IMG/VR virus record: IMGVR_UViG_3300039191_000589 | Span: 46,098 to 110,097 of that record | Origin: a virus | Direction: 5' to 3' (one strand) | DNA: 64,000 nt | Part shown: piece after piece, positions 47,095-58,200 of the stretch | How the letters are laid out: each line of letters begins with the position of its first letter | Position numbering within the stretch: position 1 is the first letter of the stretch | The notes under the pieces: generated by a model | Seen by the model: only the letters and a program-made list of their open reading frames with translations | Database searches by the model: none | Told to the model about the DNA's origin: nothing | Position numbers and translations under genes: made by a program

Positions 47095-49296
47095 ATGGCA
47101 ATTTTTAGAGGTAATAAAATTAGAGGTGGACAGATACAAGATAAAACAGTTGATGGTGCTAAAATAATTAATGATGCATTAACTGATACTCATATTGCAA
47201 GTGATGCAGCAATTAGTGAGAGTAAGTTAGATATTGATTGGCATGCTCATACTGAGGTTTTACAGGATAAAAAAGTTGTTGATTATGTACAGGCTGATAA
47301 TTTAACAGTAGAAGGTCAAGTAATTAATTTAGAAACATTAATACCAGAAATTAGTGATGTTCCTAATGTTACATCAGATGGAACTGATGAAGGTATTATT
47401 GTTGATAATCCTAAAAATGTAATAAGATATGGAAGAAGTTCTGATGGAGAACCTATTATGACTCAAATCGATGGTGTTGACTATGAGGTTAAAGGTAAAG
47501 TAACTTATAATTCAACTAATGGAAATTATAATTTAGAATTCTACACTAATTCTGGAACTGATGGAGCAGAAGTTGCATATGATCTTAGCTCAGTTCATAA
47601 TAAAACTGGTGCTAGTTTAACAGATAGTGGTGATGGTTTAACATTTAATTTCCCTGATGATGAATTACAAAGTGGAACAGTAACATTATATGATAATGGT
47701 GTTGAGGTAACTTCTGGATTTACTATTGATCATGCTAATGGTACTGTAACATTTGATACTTCTCCTGGTACACCTGTTACTGCTGATTATGATTATGCTG
47801 GACCAGTAGATATTGATATTCAATATGCTCGTAGATTTAACTTAAATACAATTGGAGAAATGTTTGCTGCTAATGAAAAATTTGTTCACAATGCAGCTGA
47901 TATTACTTCTACTCTTAATATTGAACAGGTTGCTAAAGACTTATATGGGTCTACTTATTCTTTAGATAGGGATGGAGATGCTAATTTAAGTACTTCATTA
48001 GCTGATCAAATTGCTAATGAAACATCTCGAGCTCAATCAGCAGAACAAGCAAATGCTCAAGCAATTTCTGATGAAGAAAGTGCACGTCAGAATGCTGATG
48101 CCAATTTACAAAACCAATTAGATACATTAAATGGTGATGCTACTGTTACGGGTTCTGTTGATAGTAAGATTAAGAGTCAAGTATTAGATCCTTTATCTTC
48201 AGATGCAGCTGGTAATGGAGCAGCAATGGTTGCAATTGAACCTGTTTCTGGAATGGACACTGCCACTACTGTTCAAGATGCAATTGAATACTTAAAGAAT
48301 AATGGATCAGATGCAGTAACTACTTTAGAAGGCGATTTAAGTTCTACTGAAGCAGATAATAGTGGTGCTACTTTAGTTGGTGTAGATGGATCATTTGGGT
48401 ATGATGGTGGAACTACTGTAGAGGCTGTTTTACAAGATCATGAAACTAGATTAGATGTAATTGAAGGAGATGCTTCTACTGAAGGATCTATTGATAATAA
48501 GATTAAAACTCAAGTTACTGATCCTTTAGCTGACGATAATGCAGACGGATCTGGTCAAGCTGGTGCTACTTTAGTTGCAGTTGATGCTAATGAAGCATTT
48601 AATGGGGCTAATGTAGAGGCAGTATTAGTTGATCATGAAAGTAGAATTACTGATCTAGAAAATGGATTAGGAAATGGTACTGATAGATCAGAAACAACTA
48701 ATGGATATTTCACTGCTGTTTCATTTGATACTATTGATGCTAGATTAGAAGATAGTGAATCTATTGTAGATGCTGAATTAGATAGAATTGATGATCGATA
48801 TAATACAGATAAAAATAGAGCAGCTACAACAAATGGAGTATTTGCCGCAGCTGATAAAGCTACATTAGATGCAAGATTTGAAGATATTGAAAATGAAGTT
48901 GATGCTAAGAGTAATGAAATAGAAACAGCTCGTGGAAGTGCTGATGATTTAAATGGTAGATTATCTGTTTCTTTAAATGATGATGGTACATTAGTAAATG
49001 GAGAACAAATTCACTCTCACAAAAAGTATACTTATACTATGACAAGTAATCAAACACAAGTTATTTTACCAAATGGAGAGTACTTTAATATTAGTGGTGC
49101 TACTGGATCTGGATCAGTTGCAACAGATACAGTTCAGGTATATGTAAATGGTATTTTACAAGCTAATGGAATTAACTTTACAGAGCTTGAAGATACTGAA
49201 GATACTACTAAAGGTGTTGGAGTAGACTTTGGTACTGAAGAATTAGTAAGTGGAGATGTTGTAGTAATTGAATGGGTTGAAAATAACGAACAATAA
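47095..49296 (+). CDS. Tail/head fibre-like structural protein
   Basis: Coiled-coil stalks, GATLV repeats, C-terminal VYVNGILQ module; ATG 47095 after GAGGTG. Confidence 0.75.
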   Translation: MAIFRGNKIRGGQIQDKTVDGAKIINDALTDTHIASDAAISESKLDIDWHAHTEVLQDKKVVDYVQADNLTVEGQVINLETLIPEISDVPNVTSDGTDEGIIVDNPKNVIRYGRSSDGEPIMTQIDGVDYEVKGKVTYNSTNGNYNLEFYTNSGTDGAEVAYDLSSVHNKTGASLTDSGDGLTFNFPDDELQSGTVTLYDNGVEVTSGFTIDHANGTVTFDTSPGTPVTADYDYAGPVDIDIQYARRFNLNTIGEMFAANEKFVHNAADITSTLNIEQVAKDLYGSTYSLDRDGDANLSTSLADQIANETSRAQSAEQANAQAISDEESARQNADANLQNQLDTLNGDATVTGSVDSKIKSQVLDPLSSDAAGNGAAMVAIEPVSGMDTATTVQDAIEYLKNNGSDAVTTLEGDLSSTEADNSGATLVGVDGSFGYDGGTTVEAVLQDHETRLDVIEGDASTEGSIDNKIKTQVTDPLADDNADGSGQAGATLVAVDANEAFNGANVEAVLVDHESRITDLENGLGNGTDRSETTNGYFTAVSFDTIDARLEDSESIVDAELDRIDDRYNTDKNRAATTNGVFAAADKATLDARFEDIENEVDAKSNEIETARGSADDLNGRLSVSLNDDGTLVNGEQIHSHKKYTYTMTSNQTQVILPNGEYFNISGATGSGSVATDTVQVYVNGILQANGINFTELEDTEDTTKGVGVDFGTEELVSGDVVVIEWVENNEQ

Positions 49297-49321
49297 TAAT
49301 AAATAATAAAAATATTTAATC

Positions 49322-49351
49322 AATCCCCTGTGGCATCACAGGGGATTATTT
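49322..49351 (+). terminator. Intrinsic terminator
   Basis: AATCCCCTGTG / CACAGGGGATT. Confidence 0.8.
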
Positions 49352-49383
49352 AATTCTAATTAAATAATTAAAATATTTTCTAT

Positions 49384-49413
49384 ATATACTAGGATTAATC
49401 CTAGTATATTTTT
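49384..49413 (+). terminator. TACTAGG hairpin, copy 1
   Basis: ATATACTAGGATTAATCCTAGTATAT + T run. Confidence 0.75.
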
Positions 49414-49514
49414 ATGTACTATTCTATTTTTAACTTCATAAGGAAATGAATATTAAAAAATTAAAAATATATTTAAAATATTGAATCAATAAAACATAGG
49501 AGGTGTTTTTATAA

Positions 49515-51194
49515 ATGATTAATTATGGTTTAAGTTTTAATGGAACAAGTAGTTTTATAGATTTAGGTGATATTAATACTCCATCTAATACTAATAATGT
49601 AGTAGTAATTAAAGCAAGAGTTAAATTTAATTCTTTAATTGGGCACCAAGCAATTTTTAATGATGGTGGATATAAACAGGGTATTGAATTTGGTTTATAT
49701 AATGGAGAATTACATTTAGCAGTTGAAAATAGTGATAGTCATAGAAGTATTGGTTATGATGTTTCAAATTTAAAATCTAACAAATGGTATGAATTAGAAG
49801 GGATAGCAGATGGATCAAGTGGACAAATGTATCTTAAGGTTGATGGTAATGTAGTTAAGTCTGATATATCATTAAATTCTTTTACTAGTTTTGATGGGAC
49901 TGATGGAACTAAAATAGGATATACAAATCAATCACCTTCAGCAAATGATTATGCATATGATTCATATTTTAATGGAATAATAGACGAAATTCAAATTTGG
50001 AAGGAATATAGTTTAGATGATCCAATGAATAAAATAGATGGTACTGAAGAAGGGTTATTTACAGCATGGAAATTAAATGAAAATAGCGGTACTCAAATAA
50101 ATAGTATTAATAATAATTATTCTGGAACCTTAACAGATTGTACTTGGGTTAAAATAAGTGAAAGTAAATTTTTAATTCAAGATGGAAATGATATAAAAAC
50201 TTATGATTTTAATAATTCCCAATGGAATACTTTAGGAACTAATACAACAAAAGGAATGTTTATTAATAATGGAATGGATAGTTTAATTAATATAACTTTT
50301 AATGAATTATCACAATTAACTTCAAATACTCCTAAAATTTTAAGTTGGTCTAATGATTTAACATCAACAAAACAAAATATTATGAAAGGTACCCCTAGTG
50401 AACAAACTATAATACCTACTGGTGATATTAATATTGAACATGTTGATAGTTTTAATGAGGTTTCAATAGAAGGATTTACAGTTTATTCAGGAGATTTAGG
50501 TGATCTTACTGGAGACACAAGAAAAGAAACAGAAACTTTTAATTGTTCTAATTATAATGGAGTAGAAATATCCTTTTATATGAGTAATTCATCTATGGAT
50601 GATGGTGATGAATATGGTCATTTACTTTGGTATACTGGTACCGAATGGAAAATAATCAAGGAAATACAAAACACAAGTGGAAATTATAATGTAGATATTC
50701 CAAGTGAATGGTTAAGTAATAATAATAAAATACAAATGGATTTAATTGCAGGAGGGAGTGGAGTTATACATTCTGATGGAAATGGTAATGCTGATTATCT
50801 TACGGTTAATGATATTGAAGTTAAAGCCCATGATGATTCTTCTAAAATAGCAATTTCAAATGATCAAGGTGTTAATTGGTATACTTATAATTTTAATACT
50901 AATAAATGGGAAGTAATTGATATTAGTAATATTAATACTGATGGAATATTAGCTTATAAAATAATAAATATACCAAATAATAAATTAAATGAGTTATTAC
51001 AAGATTATGATATTATAAGATTAGCTTATTATATAAATGAAGATAGTATAATTGATAATTTACTTATTGATGCTAATATTAAAGGTACTTGGAATAGTAC
51101 AATACCAGGGGAGGATTATGATTATCAATATACTTATAGTGACCAATTGAAAATTAAATTATTTAATGATGGAGCGTATAAAATTAATTATTAG
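49515..51194 (+). CDS. LamG/concanavalin-like adhesin with YKINY-type C-terminal module
   Basis: LSFNGTSSFI, YFNGIIDEIQIW, WKLNENSG; ends DGAYKINY. Confidence 0.8.
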   Translation: MINYGLSFNGTSSFIDLGDINTPSNTNNVVVIKARVKFNSLIGHQAIFNDGGYKQGIEFGLYNGELHLAVENSDSHRSIGYDVSNLKSNKWYELEGIADGSSGQMYLKVDGNVVKSDISLNSFTSFDGTDGTKIGYTNQSPSANDYAYDSYFNGIIDEIQIWKEYSLDDPMNKIDGTEEGLFTAWKLNENSGTQINSINNNYSGTLTDCTWVKISESKFLIQDGNDIKTYDFNNSQWNTLGTNTTKGMFINNGMDSLINITFNELSQLTSNTPKILSWSNDLTSTKQNIMKGTPSEQTIIPTGDINIEHVDSFNEVSIEGFTVYSGDLGDLTGDTRKETETFNCSNYNGVEISFYMSNSSMDDGDEYGHLLWYTGTEWKIIKEIQNTSGNYNVDIPSEWLSNNNKIQMDLIAGGSGVIHSDGNGNADYLTVNDIEVKAHDDSSKIAISNDQGVNWYTYNFNTNKWEVIDISNINTDGILAYKIINIPNNKLNELLQDYDIIRLAYYINEDSIIDNLLIDANIKGTWNSTIPGEDYDYQYTYSDQLKIKLFNDGAYKINY

Positions 51195-51209
51195 GAGGTG
51201 TAATTTTAA

Positions 51210-53627
51210 ATGGGAAATATTAGAATTAACAAGGAAATTTTAGAATATAATAATATAATTTATATAAATAGCAAAAATGGAAGTGATTTAAATGGAAATG
51301 GGTCCAGTGGTAAACCTTATAAAACAATTTCTAAAGCTATCTTTAACATTTCTGAAGGTGATGCAATTTTTATTAATGAAGGTGAATATTCATGTAATTT
51401 TTTTAAACTTGCCTTTATTGATGCTTATGGGGTTGATTTTATAGGGGAAGGAATAGAAAGTAAAATTTATATTACCAGTAATTTTAATTTTCAAAATTAT
51501 TATTCTAGAAATGAAATGGGAATTAAAAATGATTTTTATAACTTAAATTTTATTATTGAAATAAATTATGATATGTTAGTTGATACTAGTGATATTGGGA
51601 GTGATGAAATTTTAGAGGTTGGATTTTATAATTGTGGATTTCAAGATTATACAGGAACTGGTGATATTTTTGCTTGGAATAGAGGAATAGAACATACTTT
51701 AAATAAATGTGAATATATTAATTGTTCTTTTGATATTACTCAAGATTTACTCCTTGGTAATTTAGATTATCAAGCAAATGAATTTTTAATTAAAAATTGT
51801 GTTAATACTTATCATCAATATACTAGTAAAGATAAACCTAATATTATTACCTCTTTAACGGATATAACACTTGATTCTGAATATAATATGTTATCATTAG
51901 GATGGGAAAATAAAGGGACTGGAATCAACCCTGATGGTTCTCAGGCACATTTAGGTATATATGGAGGGTTATTTTCTTGGTATGATTGGTTTGAATATCA
52001 TTATTTAGTTCAAGATGGAAGTAATATAAAAACTTATGACTTTAATAATTCACAATGGAATGTTTTAGGAACTAATATAAGAAAAGATATGTTTATTAAT
52101 AATGGATTAAAAAAAGAGGATTTAAATAATTTAATAAAATTAAAATCTAATAATTATACTATAAGTGATACTAGTCCAATTAATGAAGGAAAAGTTTTTT
52201 CATATCAATTAGATAGATCACAATTTAATTATATTAATAATATTGATATAAATAATATATTAAATGAAAGAATAATAGATTTTGAGGATGGTAATTTAAA
52301 TGATTGGGTTATATTAAGTGATTATTTAAAAATATATGATTCTCAATCATATGAAGGTAATTATTCAATTGGAGCTGAGAAAGATAGTTTACCAGTTGAA
52401 GATTTAGGATATATTATTCCTAATGGATTAAAAGATGGATGCCAATTAGATGAGTTTGAGTATTATTATAAAGAAGTATCAAGTAGTCATGGAGGAGGTA
52501 TTTCTTTAATTAATAGTAATGGTAATAGAGAATTATATGCTGGGACTGATAATCCTCAATGGGAAGTTATTCATCAAAATGGAACTACACAAGTTGGAAC
52601 TGGGGGTACTTATGGAACATGGATGAAAGTAAATATTAATTTTGATTGGGATAATAAAACTTTTACAATCACATATACAAGAACGAGTGATAATATGTCT
52701 AGTTCCCAAACATTTGATTTAATTAATGGAAAAGATATAGAAAAAATAGTAATTAGTAATTATAATGGATCTTCAACAGGATCAGGTACTGATTTTAATA
52801 TGTGGATTGACAACATTAAAGTAGTTGGATCATTTAAAAATATATTAATTAATGATAATGGAGATATAAAAACTTATAACTTTGATAATCACCAATGGGA
52901 GTTTATTACAACTAAAGGAAATGAAAGTAAATCTGATTTTATTAATAAAGGGATTAAACATAATATTCCATTTAATAAAATTAAACAATTAAATTCTAAT
53001 CCAGAAATATTATGTTGGATATTGGATGATAACATTAATGAAATAGAATTAAATATTGATGATAATATTAATAAATTTAATTTATTAAACAATAATCCAA
53101 AAATATTATCTTGGAGTACTAAATTAAATAATACTCAATTAGAAATAAATGCTTTATCTAATGACCAATTAATATTATCTAATGATAATATTAATCTTAA
53201 TGATGTAAATGATATAAATTATTTTAATTTGAGTATTGAAAAAGACTATATTAATGATATAAGAATTATTATTTCCATAGATAATGGAAGCACATGGAAA
53301 TATTTAAATTCAGATAGTTGGTTAAACATTAATCCAATTAAACAAGAGGTAAAAGAAAAAGGTATAAAAATTGAAGAGTTTAATAATATTTCAAAACAAC
53401 AATGGGGAAATTTACTTCAAGATTCTAATGGTATTAGATTTGGTTATTATATTAATCAAAATAGTAATAATACTAATGCTAAAATTGGTTCATTAACTTT
53501 ACAAGGTAATTTAGAAGGTTATTGGAAACATGCTTTAAAAGGTACAGAATATGATTATAAATATAGTTTTAATAATAAAATTACTATAAATATAATGAGT
53601 GATGGATCATATAAGATAAATTATTAA
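51210..53627 (+). CDS. Beta-helix (DUF1565/pectate-lyase-like) adhesin with lectin-like insert and YKINY module
   Basis: IYINSKNGSDLNGNGSSGKPYKTISKAI; ends DGSYKINY. Confidence 0.75.
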   Translation: MGNIRINKEILEYNNIIYINSKNGSDLNGNGSSGKPYKTISKAIFNISEGDAIFINEGEYSCNFFKLAFIDAYGVDFIGEGIESKIYITSNFNFQNYYSRNEMGIKNDFYNLNFIIEINYDMLVDTSDIGSDEILEVGFYNCGFQDYTGTGDIFAWNRGIEHTLNKCEYINCSFDITQDLLLGNLDYQANEFLIKNCVNTYHQYTSKDKPNIITSLTDITLDSEYNMLSLGWENKGTGINPDGSQAHLGIYGGLFSWYDWFEYHYLVQDGSNIKTYDFNNSQWNVLGTNIRKDMFINNGLKKEDLNNLIKLKSNNYTISDTSPINEGKVFSYQLDRSQFNYINNIDINNILNERIIDFEDGNLNDWVILSDYLKIYDSQSYEGNYSIGAEKDSLPVEDLGYIIPNGLKDGCQLDEFEYYYKEVSSSHGGGISLINSNGNRELYAGTDNPQWEVIHQNGTTQVGTGGTYGTWMKVNINFDWDNKTFTITYTRTSDNMSSSQTFDLINGKDIEKIVISNYNGSSTGSGTDFNMWIDNIKVVGSFKNILINDNGDIKTYNFDNHQWEFITTKGNESKSDFINKGIKHNIPFNKIKQLNSNPEILCWILDDNINEIELNIDDNINKFNLLNNNPKILSWSTKLNNTQLEINALSNDQLILSNDNINLNDVNDINYFNLSIEKDYINDIRIIISIDNGSTWKYLNSDSWLNINPIKQEVKEKGIKIEEFNNISKQQWGNLLQDSNGIRFGYYINQNSNNTNAKIGSLTLQGNLEGYWKHALKGTEYDYKYSFNNKITINIMSDGSYKINY

Positions 53628-53693
53628 TAATATTCACATACTAATATAATAAAAAAAGTAATATATTTTTTAATAAAAAGGGAGGTGTTTTAA

Positions 53694-54623
53694 GTGCCAA
53701 GAACAAAAATTAATGGAGATCAAATTCAAGATTCCAATATTAAAAATAATCATATTTCAAATGAAGGAATTGATGCTGAAAAAGTAGTAATTAAAGAGGT
53801 AATTGATGATACTACTTCTATTAGTTCAATGGAGGCAATGATTAATGAATTAGAAAATAAAATTAATAATACTTCAACTACAACAGGTTCATTACAAATG
53901 AATCAAATAACAAAATTAGGAGTTACTGCTTCTTCTAGTGAGCCTAAGGAAATTATATTAGATATTCCTCAAACTTTTAATTTTGATCGACCACCTATTG
54001 AAGTTTTAAAATTTGTTTCAGGAAATGATAATATCCTTAAAACCTTAATTGATTTTGATAATTCTGATGAAGATGATTTTGAAAATAATAATTTTGTTGA
54101 ATTTGATGGAACTATGCATTTAAAAACAAAATTCAAAAAAAATATGATAGATCAAGGGGAATTAGTTAATTATACTTCAGATTTAAATAATGGTATAATA
54201 ACTTTTAATTCAGCTAATGAAAACTCAATAAATGGGGAAACATTATTAAATACTGGCGATGATTTAACATTTGAAACAGCTAATAATAATATTAAAGATG
54301 GTAGTATAATAGTTTATGAAGATGGTGTTGATATTACTTCTGATATTTCTTCGGTTGATTTACAAAATGGTAATATTACATTTAACAATACTCATACCGG
54401 GGTAATTACAGCTGATTATACTTGGGTAGAATATAATGAGTATCAAGTTATTAATGAACAACCTACAACATCAGATAATATTAATTATCAACTTCAAAAT
54501 TCTTCAATTAAAGATGGTAGTGTAATAATATATAAAAATGGCAACAAAGTGACAGGTAAGTTATGGAGTCAAACAATAGATTTAACAAATTATAAAACTA
54601 TTAATGAAATTAATATATTATAA
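53694..54623 (+). CDS. Fibre base/adaptor protein, paralogue of 61074
   Basis: KINGDQIQD, QITKLGV, PPIEVLKF. Confidence 0.7.
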   Translation: MPRTKINGDQIQDSNIKNNHISNEGIDAEKVVIKEVIDDTTSISSMEAMINELENKINNTSTTTGSLQMNQITKLGVTASSSEPKEIILDIPQTFNFDRPPIEVLKFVSGNDNILKTLIDFDNSDEDDFENNNFVEFDGTMHLKTKFKKNMIDQGELVNYTSDLNNGIITFNSANENSINGETLLNTGDDLTFETANNNIKDGSIIVYEDGVDITSDISSVDLQNGNITFNNTHTGVITADYTWVEYNEYQVINEQPTTSDNINYQLQNSSIKDGSVIIYKNGNKVTGKLWSQTIDLTNYKTINEINIL

Positions 54624-54648
54624 GAGAGGGATTTCCTCTCTTTTTTTT
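54622..54648 (+). terminator. Intrinsic terminator
   Basis: AAGAGAGG / CCTCTCTT + T run. Confidence 0.8.
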
Positions 54649-54709
54649 ATGATATATATGTTAAATAATTATATTAAAAAAATAGAAGATATAAGAAAGG
54701 TGGGATAAA

Positions 54710-55186
54710 ATGTATTATTTGATTAAAAATATATCTGATAGTAATATTGTAATTGGGAAAGAAGTATTAAAACCAGATGAAGAAACAAAAGTATTTAATA
54801 TTGATAATTTAGGAAAAATTATAAAGAAGAAATATGTTAAAATAAAAGAAATAAAAGAAAATAATGAGAAAAATATACCAAAAAAAATAGAAAATAATAA
54901 AAAAGAAAATATTAGTAATAAAAAAAATATTGATAAAGGTGATTTTATTACTGAACCTTTAGAAAAAGAATTAATAGAAAGTTTTTTTAATTTTTATTTA
55001 AATGATAAAGAAGTAGAAGGTGATTTAGAATTATTAAAATGGTTTTATAAAAAAATAGGTTTTACAAAAGATATAGATAAAGAAACGTTATCATTATTAG
55101 ATGAAGCAAATACATATGAAGAATTAACGGTTATTTTATTAAATCATATTTATCCTAAGTTATTAAAAATATATAAAACAAAATAA
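54710..55186 (+). CDS. Hypothetical protein
   Basis: RBS AAGGTGGG; ORF. Confidence 0.65.
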   Translation: MYYLIKNISDSNIVIGKEVLKPDEETKVFNIDNLGKIIKKKYVKIKEIKENNEKNIPKKIENNKKENISNKKNIDKGDFITEPLEKELIESFFNFYLNDKEVEGDLELLKWFYKKIGFTKDIDKETLSLLDEANTYEELTVILLNHIYPKLLKIYKTK

Positions 55187-55203
55187 TAATATAATTTGAT
55201 ATG

Positions 55204-55235
55204 AATACTAGGATTAAACCCTAGTATTTTTTTTT
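55204..55235 (+). terminator. TACTAGG hairpin, copy 2
   Basis: AATACTAGG / CCTAGTATT + T run. Confidence 0.8.
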
Positions 55236-55273
55236 ATAGATAATATTTTTATAAAAAATGGAGGTGTATTAAC

Positions 55274-58200
55274 TTGGATTTTGAAGTTAAAAGTAAAATT
55301 AATCAAAATTTAGATCAATATAATTCAGTATTATATGTAGACTCAGAAAATGGATTGGATGTAAATAATGGGACTGAAAGTAATCCATATAAAACAATTC
55401 AAACTGCACTTAATAATGCTAACAATGGGGATGTATTAATATTAAAAGGAAGTTTTGAAGGTGCTGTAGATAATGATGGGTTTGTTAATATTGGAAAATC
55501 TATAGATATTATAGGTAAAGATTTACCTCTTATCAAATCTACTGACCATAATACTATTCAATTATCTGCTAGTGATTTAAATGTTAATATTTATAACTGT
55601 AGGATTGAAAATTATGGTGATACAGGTACTAATTATGATGATAGCTATGCTTTAATGATTAATTGTGAAAGTGTTGATAATATTAAATTAAATTTCTACA
55701 ATTGTGTTATTAAGCCTAGAGGTAGACAATTCATATCTATTAGAACAGGTGCTAATAATGTTATTTTCAATAATTGTATATTAGATTATAACGAATATAC
55801 TTTTACTGGCACATATAGTATTGTAGAATCAAGCATTGCAAAAGTGTTGTTTAATAATTGTGTTGAAATTGGTAATTTTACAAGTAGTGTTTATAAAGAT
55901 AAATTTGATAATGAAAATATTATATTTAAAGAAGATATCTATACAGGAGAAAGTAGAGAATATATAACTTATCAAAATTGTATTATTGAGCCAAATATAT
56001 CGGTAGATTCTAATTATAATATCAACCAACCTGAATGGTTAGTTGATAAAGATCATATGAATGATAAATTTTTAGTTTGGGAAGAAATGACTAATAATAT
56101 TCCTACAGGGGTAATTGATGCTTATTATAATGAAGACAGAGGTAATGTAATAGCTTATTGTGGTAGTGAAACTTATGAATATATTGATGGTAATTGGGAA
56201 TTAGTTATTAAAGATGTTGATGCAACACCTAATTTATCATCTTATAATACTGTAATTTATGTAGATACAAATAATGGTGATGATACTAATGGTGATGGAA
56301 GTGAAAGTAATCCATATGCTACCCTTGATAAAGGTATAAATAATATTAGTAGTGATAATGTTGTTAAATTAAATGAAGGAAATTATACTTATGGAATTGG
56401 TTCCTTATCAAAAAATGTAACAATAATTGGTGAAGGTTTAAGTACATCTGTTGATGTAATTAACAAAATATCTGGAAGTGGAACAATTAATACTTATAAT
56501 ATGTATATAAAACAAGATGGTGAAGGTGGAATAAGTGATATAGATAACTTTTATGGTTATAATTGTTTCTTTGAATCATTAGACCATGCACCTTTTAGAA
56601 CTTTAGGAAATAGTATATATGTTTATATTGAAAACTGTTCAATATATACAAATTATACAGGTTCAACATCTGGAGTAAATGATAGTGCATTTTATGGAGA
56701 AGAAATTATAGCAGATGTGAAAAACTGTGCTATTTTCAATCCTAGCTTTAAAGGAGAAAGTGCACAAACTATATCAGTAACAACTTCGTTAACAGGTGTT
56801 ACTTTTGATTCTGATTATAATATTACATCAGATGGTTAGCAAAATACAGGTACAGGTACTAACCCTGATGACTCTACAGCTCACATAGGAGTTTATGGTG
56901 GTACTTATGCCTGGGATTGGAAAGAACCTATTGATTATCCTAGTAAAGAAGTGTTTGATGGTAGTTCAAATACAACTTTAACTGACTATAACCAATCTAT
57001 AGATGATAACTATATTTATACTGATACAGGTGTTTATGACAAATCAAACTTTAGTCAAATTGCTACTTTTTCTGAACCTTCGTATACAATTAGTGCTGTA
57101 TATAATGATGACAACTATATTTATCTAGGTGAAAGTGACTATAGTTCAAACACATATCAGGTTCATGTTTATAGTAAGTCAGACTATTCTCAAGTAACTA
57201 CTTTATCCTTAACTGATAATATTATTGGGATTGTAACAGGTATAGATTATGTTTATGTTCTAGATGGTTTAAATTCTGGACATACTACTATATTTAATAA
57301 GTCTGATTGGAGTCAAAATACGACTATAGAAGTTACTCCTACAAAGGGTAAATCTATAGATAGTGATAGTTCTTATGTATATGTAGGAGATGCAGTAGGA
57401 AATATAGGTATATTAGAAAAATCAAGCTTATCATTAACTGCTAGTTCTCCAATCCAACCAGGAAGTAATGATATATATGCTTTAGATGTTACAAATAATT
57501 ATATATATGCAGGTGGAGATGATTATGAGTTATATATAATAGATAAATCAGATTATTCAACAATTCAAACACTTACTGATTTTTCTAATGCAATACACGA
57601 TATAGATATTAGTGCTAATTATATTTATGCAGGTGGAAGTAGTGCTCAATTGTTTATTTATGATTTGTCTGATTATTCATTGTTTAATACAGATATAATA
57701 ACACCTGATACAATAGATGTAATAGATACTGATAGCAACTATGTTTATGTTGCCTCAAATGAAATTGGTATCTATAACAACTTTATTAATGCTCCTTTAA
57801 AATCTAAAACATCTAGTAATGTATTATCATTAGGAACTTATGATAATACTAATCTAGTACAAGAAACTTGGGAATTAGACTTAACTGCTCCAGCTTGGAA
57901 TAAGCTATCACCATCAATACAACCTTCTGCAAGGGAAGATCATGAGTTTGAAGATGGATTATTATTTGGAGGGTTTGATGATACTAACTACCTAAATGAT
58001 ACTTGGCAATGGGATGATACTAACACTACTTGGACACAATTAAGTCCATTTACTACTCCACCTGCTAGAGCTAATTTTGCTATGACTAAAGCAGATGATG
58101 GTAACTGGTATATTTATGGTGGAGAGAATAGTAATGGAGTGTTAAATGACTTATGGAAGTTTGATGGTAGTGATTGGAATGAAGTTAATGCTGAAACTAG

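Noticed and set aside
27709-54690. TTATATT-N4-AAATAGAA as a late promoter (27709, 54669; weaker near 43665, 47040)
   Set aside because: Only two good copies in very AT-rich DNA; cannot be separated from chance without computation
51192-56839. Genome-wide TAG recoding (code 15) as the explanation for the in-frame TAG
   Set aside because: TAG is a real stop elsewhere: 49515 ends YKINY-TAG where paralogues end YKINY-TAA; the TAG aligns with Trp, not Gln, and other interruptions are TAA
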